From NCBI GenBank assembly GCA_965240465.1, contig OZ251219.1, positions 960,001-1,024,000 on the forward strand: a stretch of DNA of 64,000 bases, given 5' to 3'. The position numbers and the translations under genes were made by a program. This DNA comes from a bacterium. Lineage in GTDB: Bacteria > SAR324 > JACQKK01. The notes below the pieces were generated by a model. The model ran no database searches. It had not been told where the DNA came from and saw only the letters and a list, made by a program, of their open reading frames with translations. Positions within the stretch are counted from its first letter, which is position 1. Every line of letters begins with the position of its first letter. Positions 38,402 to 49,189 of this stretch are shown here, one piece after another.

Positions 38402-39655
38402 TCAGATCTCCAGTAGCAATCTGGAAGGGTCTTCAGTGTATTGCCTTACCTTCACCAAGAATTGCACTGCTTCCCGACCGTCTACCAAGCGATGGTCATA
38501 AGAAAGGGCTAAGTACATCATGGGGCGGATCTCCACCTGACCACCGATAGCTACCGGTCGTGGGATAATGTTATGCATTCCCAAGATACCTGCTTGGGGG
38601 GGATTTATAATCGGAGTGGATAGCATGGAGCCATATACACCACCATTGGTGATGGTGAAGGTTCCTCTTTCAAGGTCTTGAACGGTCAGTTTTCTTTCTT
38701 TGGCTGCTGTTGCGAGCCGAGTGATTTCTTGCTCAATTTCTATGTGACTCAAGCGATCGGCATTTCTTACTACGGGTACTACCAGTCCACGGTCAGTGCT
38801 TACTGCTACCCCGATATCATAGTAATATTTGTAGATTATTTCATCGTTATCTATTGAGGCATTAAGGTTGGGAAATTCTATTAAAGCTTGCACGCAAGCC
38901 TTGGTGAAAAAAGACATAAACCCCAGCCGATGTTTGTATTTTTTTTCAAAAACTTCCTGATAACGTTTTCGTAAAGCGATTATTTGGCTAAGATCCACCT
39001 CATTAAAAGTGGTAAGCATGGCGGTTTGGTGCTGTGCTTCCAGCAGGCGTTCTGCGATGCGTTGTCGCAGGGTACTCATTTTCACTCGCTCTTCGAGTAC
39101 ACCGCCGCTAGGCAAAACGGAATCTGCTTGAGTTCCATTTTTGACTAGATCTTCTCGTAGTTTCCGGGTGAGGTCGTCTTTGGTGAGTATACCACGGGGA
39201 CCAGTAGGGGTTATTCCAGCAGGGTTGAGGTGATTCTCAGCGGCCATTTTTCTAGCAGCAGGTCCCATTTTTTGGACTACCGTAGCAGATGTAGTGATAG
39301 CAGTAGGTGCTTTATCAGTGGGAGATTCTTTTTTGGAGGTAGCCGATTTTGTTTTTGGAGCTTCTTTTGCGGCTGTTTTTTGAGCTTCTTTTGAAGATGA
39401 TTGTGGCGTTGCCAAACCTCCTTGATTAAGGATGGCTAATACTTGACCAACTTGAACTGTATCTCCAATTTGTTTTTCAATTTGTGCGAGTATGCCTGTT
39501 TCAGGTGCAGGTACTTCCACGATGACCTTATCGGTTTCTAGTTCTGCCACGATTTCGCCTTCGGAGACGGTTTCCCCAGTTTGTTTTAGCCAGGTAGACA
39601 CGGTAGCTTCTGCGATGGACTCTCCCATTTCTGGGACAATGATTTCAATACTCAT
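38402..39655 (-). CDS. sucB: 2-oxoglutarate dehydrogenase E2 (dihydrolipoamide succinyltransferase)
   Basis: Lipoyl [14 protein letters not shown] and [10 protein letters not shown]. Confidence 0.95.
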   Translation of the reverse strand: MSIEIIVPEMGESIAEATVSTWLKQTGETVSEGEIVAELETDKVIVEVPAPETGILAQIEKQIGDTVQVGQVLAILNQGGLATPQSSSKEAQKTAAKEAPKTKSATSKKESPTDKAPTAITTSATVVQKMGPAARKMAAENHLNPAGITPTGPRGILTKDDLTRKLREDLVKNGTQADSVLPSGGVLEERVKMSTLRQRIAERLLEAQHQTAMLTTFNEVDLSQIIALRKRYQEVFEKKYKHRLGFMSFFTKACVQALIEFPNLNASIDNDEIIYKYYYDIGVAVSTDRGLVVPVVRNADRLSHIEIEQEITRLATAAKERKLTVQDLERGTFTITNGGVYGSMLSTPIINPPQAGILGMHNIIPRPVAIGGQVEIRPMMYLALSYDHRLVDGREAVQFLVKVRQYTEDPSRLLLEI

Positions 39656-39720
39656 GTGAGTTTTCAAGTAGCAAGAGGATAAAGGGCTAGGTGGTTTTTA
39701 GTGTATGCATAGTTAGGGCA

Positions 39721-42525
39721 TCAGGTACATTTGAGGGCAGATTTGATGAGTTCATTTTGTTCTTCATTATGGAGTAAATGGGAGCCTGTAGCAGGTGATG
39801 AGGCTGAACGTCTGCCAGCATATAATAGGGTTATATTGCCAATTAGTTCTTGCAGGCGGGGGCGAATATAATCCCAACCACCCATATTTTTTGGTTCTTC
39901 CTGTGCCCAGCAGATTTCTTTTAGATTAGGACAGCGTGCTAGTTCTCCCGATATTAATTCAGCAGGGAAGGGGTACATTTGTTCAATCCGCGAAATAGCG
40001 GCACATGGGATTTTCTTTTTTTCACAGTGGTCAAGTAGTTCGTAATAGATTTTGCCTGAGCAAAGTACTAATCGGGTAATATCTTTATTTGGGGGTGAAT
40101 ATCCTGGTAGCACTTCATGGAATCCGCCGGTGAATAGTTCTTCTTTGGTGGAAACGGCTCTGGGGTGGCGGAGCAGGCTTTTTGGAGACATCACTACGAG
40201 GGGCCTTCTGAATTTACTGTAGAGTTGCCTACGCATCAGGTGGAAGAATTGTGCGGGAGTGGTAGGGTTAGCAATTTGGATATTGTTGTTGGCACAGAGT
40301 TGCAGAAAACGTTCTATGCGGGCACTGGAATGTTCGGGTCCCATGCCTTCAAAGCCGTGTGGTAGGAGCAGTACTAGGCCGCTCATTCTGAGCCATTTTT
40401 CTTCAGAAGATGCCAAAAACTGGTCTACAATTACTTGGGCTCCATTAGCGAAATCACCGAATTGGGCTTCCCAAATGGTCAGGCAGAGAGGAGAAGCCAT
40501 GGAGTAGCCGAATTCAAAACCCAGCACTCCCGCTTCCGACAAGGGGCTATTGTAGATAGAGAAATCTCCCTGATTATTTTCAAGATGCTGTAATGGTAGA
40601 TATTCTTCTCCTGTTTTAACATCCGTTAGCACGGCATGCCGATGGCTAAATGTACCACGGCGGCTATCTTGTCCGCTGAAGCGCACATCAAATTTTTCCC
40701 AGACCAAGCTTCCGTAGCACAGTAGTTCTCCCATACCCCAGTCTATCGGTCGTTTACCGTCAATCATTTCTTTGCGTCGTGCCAGCAGTTTTTGCAAGCG
40801 TGGATGTATGTTAAAGTTCGGGGGCATGCTGTATAGAGTTCTACCGATATGTTCCAGCGATTCTTTATTTACCGGCTGGGAGGCAGTTTTGTGTTGCTGA
40901 ATGTTTCTTATCAGGCCTTTCCATGCCCCAGTCAGGGTTTGTACCACAGGTTTGATGTTTTCCCGGTGGGTTCGTTCTAGGGCTTCTGCCAGTTGCTCCC
41001 GATAAGAAGAAGCAATTTTGGATATCTCAATTTTGCTTAAAACTCCCTCTGCTTGTAACCTGTTGCTGTAGAGCGTAAGTGCTGAGGGGTGTGTTTTTAT
41101 TTTTTTATAAGTGAGCGGCTGAGTAAAGCTTGGTTCATCTCCTTCATTATGCCCCAAGCGGCGATAGCAATACAGATCCACCACAATGTCTGCGTTAAAC
41201 CGCTGGCGAAATTCAGCCGCGATACGGGTTACATGCCAGACCGCCTCCGGATGGTCAGCATTCACATGCAAGACCGCGGCATTTAGCATCTTAATAACAT
41301 CACTGGAATAAACCATAGAACGCGAATCAGACGGCACGGTGGTAAAGCCAATCTGATTATTGATGATAATGTGTACTGTGCCTCCAGTGTTGTATCCCTC
41401 TAGATATGCCAAGTTCAGGGTTTCCATAACTAAGCCCTGCCCTGCAAAAGAGGCATCCCCATGCAGCAGAACAGGAACAATCTCAGTTCGTGATTGATCG
41501 TTCTTTTGTTTTTGTTTGGCGGCTACATTACCTAGCACTACCGGATTTACGGCCTCCAGATGGCTGGGATTAAATGCCAAAGATAGATGAATACTGCGTC
41601 CGTTGATGGTGGTATCGCAGGAGTAGCCCTTGTGATATTTGACATCGCCATAGAAGCTTTCTTCTCCTTGGGCACGGGCTTCTTCAAATTCTGCAAAGAC
41701 CCGTTCATTATCTTTTTTGAACACATTAACTAAAGTGTTCAAGCGTCCCCGATGAGCCATTCCCATTACCACCTCTTTAGCACCGCAATCGGACAGTGAA
41801 TGTATCAGAGTGTTGAGCATTACCACCAAAGATTCTGAACCCTCTAAAGAGAAACGCTTTTTGCCTATGAATTTTTGATGGAGAAAGGTCTCAAAGGTTT
41901 GGGCATGAGTGAGTTGGGTTAGGATATTGGTTTTAATTTCGGGTGAGAAAGGAGGTAGATTGGGTATTTGCTCAATTTCTTTTTGTAGCCAGATGCGTTG
42001 TTCTTGTTTTCTCAATGGCATGTACTCGGCTCCGATCGGACCGCAATAGATATCTTTCAGTTGGTTAGTGATTTTTTCCAAAGTCATAATGTCGGGCATA
42101 CTTACCAAAGTGCCTGTGGAAAAGGGGGTCTGCGAATCTTCCTGTGTCAAGCCAAAAGCTTTTAAGGATAAATCTGGGGGATCTTGCATGTGAGGACGCC
42201 CGAGAGGGTCCAATTGGGCACGGGTGTGTCCAAAGGTGCGGTAAGCGTTAATCAACTGGAAAACAGAGGATTGCTTACTCATAATCATGGCTTGATCAGA
42301 GTGTACTGCACCGTCGGCGTTAGCGATGTGCTCGGAGATTACACCACCATTGACCTTTTGCTTGTTGTTGGTGGCGTTCTTGGCGAAGCCATTATCTAAT
42401 TTTTTGAAGTAGGTTACCCACTGGTCAGGCAGTGAGGGGTCACCGTTCTGGTAAGCTTGGTAAAGTGCTTCCAAAAATTCAGCATTGATACCTGAAAGCG
42501 GAGTATCAAAAACAGGGGGTTCCAT
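39721..42525 (-). CDS. sucA: 2-oxoglutarate dehydrogenase E1
   Basis: KRFSLEG, GMAHRGRLN, HGDASFAGQG, WEAQFGDF and GPEHSSAR. Confidence 0.97.
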   Translation of the reverse strand: MEPPVFDTPLSGINAEFLEALYQAYQNGDPSLPDQWVTYFKKLDNGFAKNATNNKQKVNGGVISEHIANADGAVHSDQAMIMSKQSSVFQLINAYRTFGHTRAQLDPLGRPHMQDPPDLSLKAFGLTQEDSQTPFSTGTLVSMPDIMTLEKITNQLKDIYCGPIGAEYMPLRKQEQRIWLQKEIEQIPNLPPFSPEIKTNILTQLTHAQTFETFLHQKFIGKKRFSLEGSESLVVMLNTLIHSLSDCGAKEVVMGMAHRGRLNTLVNVFKKDNERVFAEFEEARAQGEESFYGDVKYHKGYSCDTTINGRSIHLSLAFNPSHLEAVNPVVLGNVAAKQKQKNDQSRTEIVPVLLHGDASFAGQGLVMETLNLAYLEGYNTGGTVHIIINNQIGFTTVPSDSRSMVYSSDVIKMLNAAVLHVNADHPEAVWHVTRIAAEFRQRFNADIVVDLYCYRRLGHNEGDEPSFTQPLTYKKIKTHPSALTLYSNRLQAEGVLSKIEISKIASSYREQLAEALERTHRENIKPVVQTLTGAWKGLIRNIQQHKTASQPVNKESLEHIGRTLYSMPPNFNIHPRLQKLLARRKEMIDGKRPIDWGMGELLCYGSLVWEKFDVRFSGQDSRRGTFSHRHAVLTDVKTGEEYLPLQHLENNQGDFSIYNSPLSEAGVLGFEFGYSMASPLCLTIWEAQFGDFANGAQVIVDQFLASSEEKWLRMSGLVLLLPHGFEGMGPEHSSARIERFLQLCANNNIQIANPTTPAQFFHLMRRQLYSKFRRPLVVMSPKSLLRHPRAVSTKEELFTGGFHEVLPGYSPPNKDITRLVLCSGKIYYELLDHCEKKKIPCAAISRIEQMYPFPAELISGELARCPNLKEICWAQEEPKNMGGWDYIRPRLQELIGNITLLYAGRRSASSPATGSHLLHNEEQNELIKSALKCT

Positions 42526-42540
42526 GAGATTTCAGTTAGA

Positions 42541-42597
42541 GTGACGGTGCTAGGTGACGGTGCTAGGTGACGGTGCTAGGTGACGGTGCTAGGTGAC
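42541..42597. repeat. 13-bp tandem repeat GTGACGGTGCTAG x4 just upstream of sucA
   Basis: Read directly from the sequence. Confidence 0.9.
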
Positions 42598-42818
42598 TGT
42601 GGCAGCTGAAAAAGAAAAGGTATTATTAGATATGACAAGCATGCTTATTTTATATTTTGCTCGTTGTTTGGAAACTTAATTCAGATATGCAAGCAGCTAT
42701 CCAAGAAATAAGTTAAAAGCAAGTTTCTTGAGCTACAGTTTAATGTTTATCACATCTAAGTTCAGTACAACATATGATTTTACGGGATTACTCACATTTT
42801 ACATCATTGAGTGCAAAA

Positions 42819-43736
42819 TTACTCTTCCAACATTCCCAGCACATACAAGATGACGACCATGCGTATCCAGATACCATTTTGGGCTTGTTCAAAGTAATGG
42901 GCACGGGGATCGGAATCTATATTCGGGTCAATTTCTTTAAGTCGGGGTAGGGGATGCATAATTATGGAATCTTTTCTCATGCGGATAATGTTTTTTGGGG
43001 TTAGGCGGTAGCGTTCTTCTTCTGCTTGGAAATCTTGGTCTGCACGTTCTTTTTGGAGGCGGGTCATATAAATGCAATCAACCTCGGGGAGAATCTTCTC
43101 CAGTTTTTCACTGGTGTGCCAGCGTACTTTTTGTCTTTTGAGAAAATGTTGCATGTCTGGGAGTAACTGGTAGATGGACGGGGCAATGAAGTGCATTTCA
43201 ATGTTTTCATATTTAGAAAGCAGATAAGCTAAGCTACGTACCGTACGTCCGTAGCGAAGGTCTCCCACAAAGGCAATTTTTAACCCCTTGATGTCGCCAA
43301 AACGGCGTCTGAGAGTATACCAATCCAGTAAGGCTTGAGTAGGATGCTGCCCAGAGCCATCGCCAGCATTGATGATGGGAACTTGAGAAGAAGCAGCTGC
43401 TTGTTTGGCAGCTCCGACCTCGGTGTGACGCATTATAATCAAGTCGCAGTAGCCAGCCATGACTCGGATGGTGTCTTGTAGGGATTCTCCCTTGGAAAAT
43501 GAAGAAAATTGCTGGGCGTTTTCAGTGGTGAGTATGAATCCTCCTAGGCGATGCATGGCAGCCTCAAAGGAGAAGCGAGTGCGAGTTGATGGCTCATAAA
43601 ATAGGGATGCCATTATCCGCCCACAGAGGATGTTTTGAGGAGGGCGATCCCGAATCTTCTCTGCCGCTTGGAAAAATTTTTCTAGCAGAGGTAATCCGAA
43701 CTGTTGGGATTCTACAATGTGTCGCGGGGTGCTCAT
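42819..43736 (-). CDS. pyrB: Aspartate carbamoyltransferase catalytic subunit
   Basis: FYEPSTRTRFSF, HPTQALLD, GDLRYGRTVRSL and MHPLPR. Confidence 0.97.
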   Translation of the reverse strand: MSTPRHIVESQQFGLPLLEKFFQAAEKIRDRPPQNILCGRIMASLFYEPSTRTRFSFEAAMHRLGGFILTTENAQQFSSFSKGESLQDTIRVMAGYCDLIIMRHTEVGAAKQAAASSQVPIINAGDGSGQHPTQALLDWYTLRRRFGDIKGLKIAFVGDLRYGRTVRSLAYLLSKYENIEMHFIAPSIYQLLPDMQHFLKRQKVRWHTSEKLEKILPEVDCIYMTRLQKERADQDFQAEEERYRLTPKNIIRMRKDSIIMHPLPRLKEIDPNIDSDPRAHYFEQAQNGIWIRMVVILYVLGMLEE

Positions 43737-43961
43737 GGATCAAGAAGCAGTAAAAAAGCAACAGGGCAGTAGCGATGTCAAAAAATAGGGATGTTTTCTA
43801 AGGCGTAAGTTTTTGATAATGGAGATTTATGGTAAATTAATATTTTCAAGAGTATATTTTTTTCAAGTCTAGTACAACATTCTCGGCTATTTTTTCATAA
43901 GCTAACAGCAATCTCGCCTAGGGAATATGCCTTTTTTCGGGTCGCGATGTTTAGTCAATTA

Positions 43962-45020
43962 TTAAGAGATAGCAACCGGTCCTGAGGTTTTCAAACTCCC
44001 TTGACATATTTGCTGGAAAAAATTCTTTAGGAGCACAAATGCTAATTCGGGGCTTTGCTTAGCTTTATGCTCCAATTGATAAAGCAAAAGCAGGGAGCGT
44101 TCTGCCTCATTCTTATGAAAGTGCCGAGCTTGTTTTTCTAGGCGTTTTAAGAGCAGTGGATGTAATCCCAGTAACCGTGCACGCTCAGTGGGAGGGGCAG
44201 AGACGGAATCTTTTAGCATTATCACCTGACGAAAAAAACGCACCAACACCATCACTAAGGGCAAGGCATTTGCTGCCCCCTGTGCCAGCAAGGCACTCAA
44301 TTCAATTAGTGCTGAAGTCAGATCGCGGTTGGACAGAGTTTCTGCGATTGAAAACAAGGCCGCTTCTTTTCCTCCGCCCACGCTCCGAGCTACCAAAGAA
44401 TCATCCACGGCTCCCTCTTTTGCTACCAATACCAATTTCTCTAACTCATTCTCCAAACGACCCATATCCCGTCCCGCTAAGCTAATCATTAAATCTGCTT
44501 GAAGGGGATTCAAATCTAATCCCTTTTCCTTAGCACGCTCCACCACCCAACCAGCACCATTCCAGTCATCATAAGTAACCTGACGAATAACCCTCCCCAA
44601 TGATCGCAAACCCCGCAAGGTGCTTAATAATGCTTTGTTCAGATCTCCCTCCCGAGTAGAGATCGCAGTCATTAAGACATGCAAACCATCAGGTAAGTTT
44701 TCTATAACCTCCCTTAAAATATCCCATACCCTCCGCCCTAGCTCCCCACCAGCACCTGCTAACTTTAATTGCTGCATGCCATCCAAGCGAACCAGATATT
44801 GCTCGCACAAAAAGGGCTTGGTCTTCAAAGCAGCCTCCCACTCTTCAATTATTCCTTCTGTGTTCCCAGATGATCTGGTGAGCAAGACCCCCATGTCAAA
44901 TTGCCGCTTGGCAAAATCAGCTATGGCATCGCCAATCACCTGCTTTTCAAAACTTAAAGCATCACGACGCACCAACCACCTCTGATTCCCATAAACCAAT
45001 AACGCCCGCACTCCTGCCAT
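43962..45020 (-). CDS. holA: DNA polymerase III delta subunit (divergent)
   Basis: LLVYG N-terminus, GRDMGRLENELEKL and overall length. Confidence 0.75.
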   Translation of the reverse strand: MAGVRALLVYGNQRWLVRRDALSFEKQVIGDAIADFAKRQFDMGVLLTRSSGNTEGIIEEWEAALKTKPFLCEQYLVRLDGMQQLKLAGAGGELGRRVWDILREVIENLPDGLHVLMTAISTREGDLNKALLSTLRGLRSLGRVIRQVTYDDWNGAGWVVERAKEKGLDLNPLQADLMISLAGRDMGRLENELEKLVLVAKEGAVDDSLVARSVGGGKEAALFSIAETLSNRDLTSALIELSALLAQGAANALPLVMVLVRFFRQVIMLKDSVSAPPTERARLLGLHPLLLKRLEKQARHFHKNEAERSLLLLYQLEHKAKQSPELAFVLLKNFFQQICQGSLKTSGPVAIS

Positions 45021-45074
45021 ATGCTGAACTTTCTAAAAAGCTACCAAATAAAAAGCCTAAAATTGAAGCCTAAC

Positions 45075-46307
45075 TCAGGCACTCGCCAGTTCACGGCAGA
45101 GGGTGGTTTCCAGTTCGTCTATGAATTGGTCGGTGGTTAGGTAACTATCTGCCGGGGGCTGGGAGGTTTTATGAATGCTACTCGCCAGATCCTTGGTCAT
45201 TTTACCACTTTCTACGGTATCTACACAGATACGCTCCAGAGTCTTGGCAAAGTTAATTAAATCGGGAGTGTCATCCAGTTTACCACGATGCATCAAACCT
45301 CGGGTCCAAGCGAAGATGCTGGCAATGGGATTAGTACTGGTAGGCTTACCCTCTTGATACTGGCGGTAGTGGCGGGTGACGGTGCCATGAGCAGCTTCGG
45401 ATTCCATGGTTTGGCCATCTGGGGTGAGCAGTACGGAGGTCATCATTCCTAAGGAGCCAAAGCCTTGGGCAACGGTGTCTGATTGGACATCGCCATCGTA
45501 GTTTTTGCAGGCCCACAGGATGTTTCCTTCCCATTTTAGCACTTGAGCTACTAGGTCATCAATCAAGCGATGCTCATAAGTCAATCCGTCTGCTTGAAAG
45601 CGTTCTTTGAATTTTTGTTCAAATACGGTTGCGAATATATCGCGGAAGCTACCGTCGTATTGTTTAAGTATGGTACTTTTGGTACTGAGATAGGTATTTA
45701 GCTGGTGCTCCAAGCCATAGTTGAATACTGCCATTGCGAAATCGTTAATGGATGCCAAGGTGTTAAACATACCCATAGCTACGCCTTCTGCTTGGAAGTT
45801 GTGGATATCCCAGCTTTGTGTCGGGGCGTTGGTAGGTTCATAAACCAGCTTTAGACGTCCTGGTCCGGGAATTTTGACATCCACCGAATTGTATTGATCG
45901 CCATAAGCGTGGCGGGCGACGACAATCGGTTTCTTCCAGTTGGATACCAGCTGGGGGACGTTCTTGCACACAATGGGAGCCCGAAAAATCGTGCCGCCAA
46001 TAATGTTACGAATAGTACCATTGGGGCTACGCCACATCTTCTTTAAGCCAAATTCCTTTACTCGGTCTTTATCAGGTGTGATGGTGGCACACTTGATTCC
46101 CACCTTATGCTTTAAGATGGCTTGAGCTGCTTCAAAGGTAACCTTATCTTCGGTGGCATCCCTATTGGCTATTGATAGATCATAGTACAGTAATTTGATG
46201 TCTAAGAAGGGAATTATCAGCTGTTGTTTAATCCTTGCCCAGACCACCCTGGTCATCTCATCCCCGTCCAATTCTGCTACGGGGTTGGCAACAATTATTT
46301 TTTTCAC
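45075..46307 (-). CDS. icd: NADP-dependent isocitrate dehydrogenase (eukaryote-like type II)
   Basis: DGDEMTR, KCATITPD, SPNGTIRN, NYDGDVQSD and EAAHGTVTRH. Confidence 0.95.
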   Translation of the reverse strand: MKKIIVANPVAELDGDEMTRVVWARIKQQLIIPFLDIKLLYYDLSIANRDATEDKVTFEAAQAILKHKVGIKCATITPDKDRVKEFGLKKMWRSPNGTIRNIIGGTIFRAPIVCKNVPQLVSNWKKPIVVARHAYGDQYNSVDVKIPGPGRLKLVYEPTNAPTQSWDIHNFQAEGVAMGMFNTLASINDFAMAVFNYGLEHQLNTYLSTKSTILKQYDGSFRDIFATVFEQKFKERFQADGLTYEHRLIDDLVAQVLKWEGNILWACKNYDGDVQSDTVAQGFGSLGMMTSVLLTPDGQTMESEAAHGTVTRHYRQYQEGKPTSTNPIASIFAWTRGLMHRGKLDDTPDLINFAKTLERICVDTVESGKMTKDLASSIHKTSQPPADSYLTTDQFIDELETTLCRELASA

Positions 46308-46532
46308 AGTAGGTTCTTCTTCTTTGGTAATGAGTGACTAGCTTGGAAAATCATTTAATATACTTTCAGTTTGCATTAGATTTGATGGCAAGGCTAGATA
46401 AAAACTAATGCTAGGATATAATTTTTATTACCTCCCATGTTGTTTCATTGACATTTTGTCTCTGAGAGATAGAGACTAGGGGTAGCAAAACGACTGCATA
46501 TTTCGCAGGTAGCGATTATTCTTACTAATAGC

Positions 46533-48158
46533 TTGGACAAGGAGTGTTGCATGAGTAAGGGAATTACGAGGTGTTCTTCATGGGGGGTAGGAATTCAATT
46601 CATCCCATGGTGGTGGCGAGTGAGGAGGGGAAGAATATATCGGGGGCTGCTACTAGTGTTATGGGTGGGAGTCCCAGGACTGCTTTTGACACCCCCAATA
46701 GCTTCAGCCAAGCCCTTGGTGGTGATGCTGGATTCGGCTCCTTCAGATATTCACCCCTTGCGTGCTTCTGATGCTTATAGCGTAAGGATTGCCTACCAAT
46801 TGATTTATCAAACCATGGTGCGTTTGGATGAGAATCTGCAGATTTCTCCAAGCGTATTTGCTAGCTGGAGTTCCCAGGATGGAAAAAATTGGAATTTTAA
46901 GTTACGTAAGGGCATCCGTTTTCACGATGGCAAACCCTTGCAAGTACAAGATGTGGTGACCACCTTGAAGAGTTTTATGGAACCCAGTAATCGGGCGGTG
47001 GCTGGGGCTAGGTTGCGAGAGAAGATCAGCAGTTTGCGTGCAATCGGCAATGATACAGTTAACATTCGCCTTGACAAGGTCTATCCCGATTTTCTCCATG
47101 ACTTGATTTTGCCCGTGCTACCTCGCCATATTCCCTTGGATAAATTAGGCCAATCTTTGGTGGGGAGTGGACCTTTTCGTTGGGTTAGTCAGAGTCCTAA
47201 TCAAATTAAGCTATTACCATTCCCAGATTTCATTGATGGTACACCCCAGCTGGATTCATTGACGCTTACTGTGGTGAAAGATGAAAGTACTCGCTTTCTG
47301 AAGCTACGCAAGGGTGATGTGGATTTAGCTATCAATGTGCTGCCCTTGGCGCGATTGGATAGGTTGTCCAAGGGCAAGTTAGCCAGAGATTATCAGGTAT
47401 ATGAATCGGCTGGGTTGTCCTATCAATATTTGGGATTAAATACCAGCGATGCTATTTTATCCAATCCCAAGGTGCGTCTGGCACTTTCTTATGCCATTCC
47501 CATAGATGACTTGATTAAGCACTTGCTGAAGGGGCATGCGGTAGCTGCTGCGGGCTTGTTGCCGTTGGGTAGTCCTTACCAAGATCCTAACGCTCGCCGA
47601 CCTACTTATGATCTCAAGCTAGCCCGCCAGCTATTGGATGAGGCTGGTTATCCTAAACGCGGCAAAAAGCGATTCAAGTTGTTGTATAAGACTAGCACCG
47701 ATCGCACTGCTATTCGTCAGGCGCGTATCATTCAGCAGTCCTTGTCCAAGGTGGGGGTGCTGGTGGAGGTACGCTCCTTGGAGTGGGCAACTTTTTTCAG
47801 CGATGTCAAAAAAGGACAATTTCAAATGTTTTCCCTCCGGTGGGTGGGTGCTTCTGAGCCGGGGTTCCTCTATGAGTTATTCCATAGTAGCAAAATTCCT
47901 CCCAATGGCTTGAATAGGGTGACATACCGCAATCCTGCGATTGATCGCCTCTTGGAGCGTGCCCGAATAGAAGCTCGCCCCCAAAAGCGTCGTGCTCTCT
48001 ATCAAGAACTCCAGCGAAGATTGCTGGTGGAAATGCCATATATTCCTCTTTGGCACAGAAGCAATACAGCTGTACTCAAGCGTGGTTTGGAGGGTTATCG
48101 TGGTCATCCCAGCGGGGGATTTGAATTTCTTTACCAACTGCACTGGGCGAAAAAGTAG
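46533..48158 (+). CDS. Peptide/nickel ABC transporter substrate-binding protein (family 5)
   Basis: FKLRKGIRFHDG, VGSGPF and KVRLALSYAI. Exact start uncertain. Confidence 0.9.
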   Translation: MDKECCMSKGITRCSSWGVGIQFIPWWWRVRRGRIYRGLLLVLWVGVPGLLLTPPIASAKPLVVMLDSAPSDIHPLRASDAYSVRIAYQLIYQTMVRLDENLQISPSVFASWSSQDGKNWNFKLRKGIRFHDGKPLQVQDVVTTLKSFMEPSNRAVAGARLREKISSLRAIGNDTVNIRLDKVYPDFLHDLILPVLPRHIPLDKLGQSLVGSGPFRWVSQSPNQIKLLPFPDFIDGTPQLDSLTLTVVKDESTRFLKLRKGDVDLAINVLPLARLDRLSKGKLARDYQVYESAGLSYQYLGLNTSDAILSNPKVRLALSYAIPIDDLIKHLLKGHAVAAAGLLPLGSPYQDPNARRPTYDLKLARQLLDEAGYPKRGKKRFKLLYKTSTDRTAIRQARIIQQSLSKVGVLVEVRSLEWATFFSDVKKGQFQMFSLRWVGASEPGFLYELFHSSKIPPNGLNRVTYRNPAIDRLLERARIEARPQKRRALYQELQRRLLVEMPYIPLWHRSNTAVLKRGLEGYRGHPSGGFEFLYQLHWAKK

Positions 48159-48187
48159 CCGATGATAAATACACCAGTTTCAATGTT

Positions 48188-48252
48188 GGTGGCAGTGCTT
48201 GATGGCAGTGCTTGATGGCAGTGCTTGATGACAGTGCTTGATTGTGATGCTT
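48188..48252. repeat. 13-bp tandem repeat GATGGCAGTGCTT, 4-5 copies, in the intergenic gap inside the ABC operon
   Basis: Read directly from the sequence. Confidence 0.85.
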
Positions 48253-48274
48253 GTACCTCTGAGATGGACTGTCA

Positions 48275-49189
48275 ATGTACTTTTTTGTGCGTCGTTTATT
48301 AGTTACTCTGCCTGTTTTGGCAGGAGTACTAACCTTGGTATTTTTCTTGGTGCATTTAGTGCCTGGCGATCCAATAGATCTAATGCTGGGTGAGCAAGCC
48401 CAAACCGCGGACCGGGAACAGCTACGGGCTAGTCTGGGGCTGGATATCCCCTTGGGACAGCAGTTTGTCCATTATCTTGGGGACACCCTAAAAGGAGACT
48501 GGGGTGAAAGCCTGCATTATCGCCGCTCGGTGGCCCGCTTGATCGCAGAAAGATTTCCTGCCACGGTGGAGCTGATGCTGGCATCCATGTTGATAGCCTT
48601 GTTGCTGGCACTGCCTTTGGGAGTAATAGCAGCCTTGTTTCATGGGCGTATAGTAGATCAATTGGCAGGTGGATTAGCGGTGATAGGAGTAGCCATGCCT
48701 AATTTTTGGCTGGGACCTCTGTTAATATTGGCATTCTCCATTCATTTGGATTGGCTACCGGTAAATGGTCGTGGAGAATGGAGTAATCTGGTATTGCCCG
48801 CCTTCACCTTGGGGGCCACCTTGGCAGCTTTATTGTCTCGGATAACCCGCAGTAGCCTGCTGGAAGTACTAGGCGAAAATTACATGAGGACTGCTCGTGC
48901 CAAGGGTTTGACTAAGCGATCCTTATTGTTTACCCACGCTTTTCCCAACGCCCTCATTCCTATTCTGACGGTCATGGGACTGCAAATTGGTACGCTACTC
49001 TCAGGGGCTATCATCACGGAAAGCATTTTTGACTGGCCCGGGCTGGGAGGTCTGTTGCTGCAAGCCATCTATGCCCGCGATTATCCCTTGGTGCAAGGTT
49101 GTATCCTGATCATTGCTTTATCTTATGTAGGCGTTAATTTATTGGTAGATTTGCTATATGGCTGGATTGACCCGCGTGCCCGTGAATAA
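48275..49189 (+). CDS. Peptide/nickel ABC transporter permease (OppB/DppB-like)
   Basis: PGDP, YMRTARAKGL, ESIFDWPGLG and RDYPLVQG. Confidence 0.93.
   Translation: MYFFVRRLLVTLPVLAGVLTLVFFLVHLVPGDPIDLMLGEQAQTADREQLRASLGLDIPLGQQFVHYLGDTLKGDWGESLHYRRSVARLIAERFPATVELMLASMLIALLLALPLGVIAALFHGRIVDQLAGGLAVIGVAMPNFWLGPLLILAFSIHLDWLPVNGRGEWSNLVLPAFTLGATLAALLSRITRSSLLEVLGENYMRTARAKGLTKRSLLFTHAFPNALIPILTVMGLQIGTLLSGAIITESIFDWPGLGGLLLQAIYARDYPLVQGCILIIALSYVGVNLLVDLLYGWIDPRARE

Noticed and set aside
8690-48252. Possible CRISPR arrays among the repeats
   Set aside because: All arrays are head-to-tail without unique spacers, and no cas genes are present.
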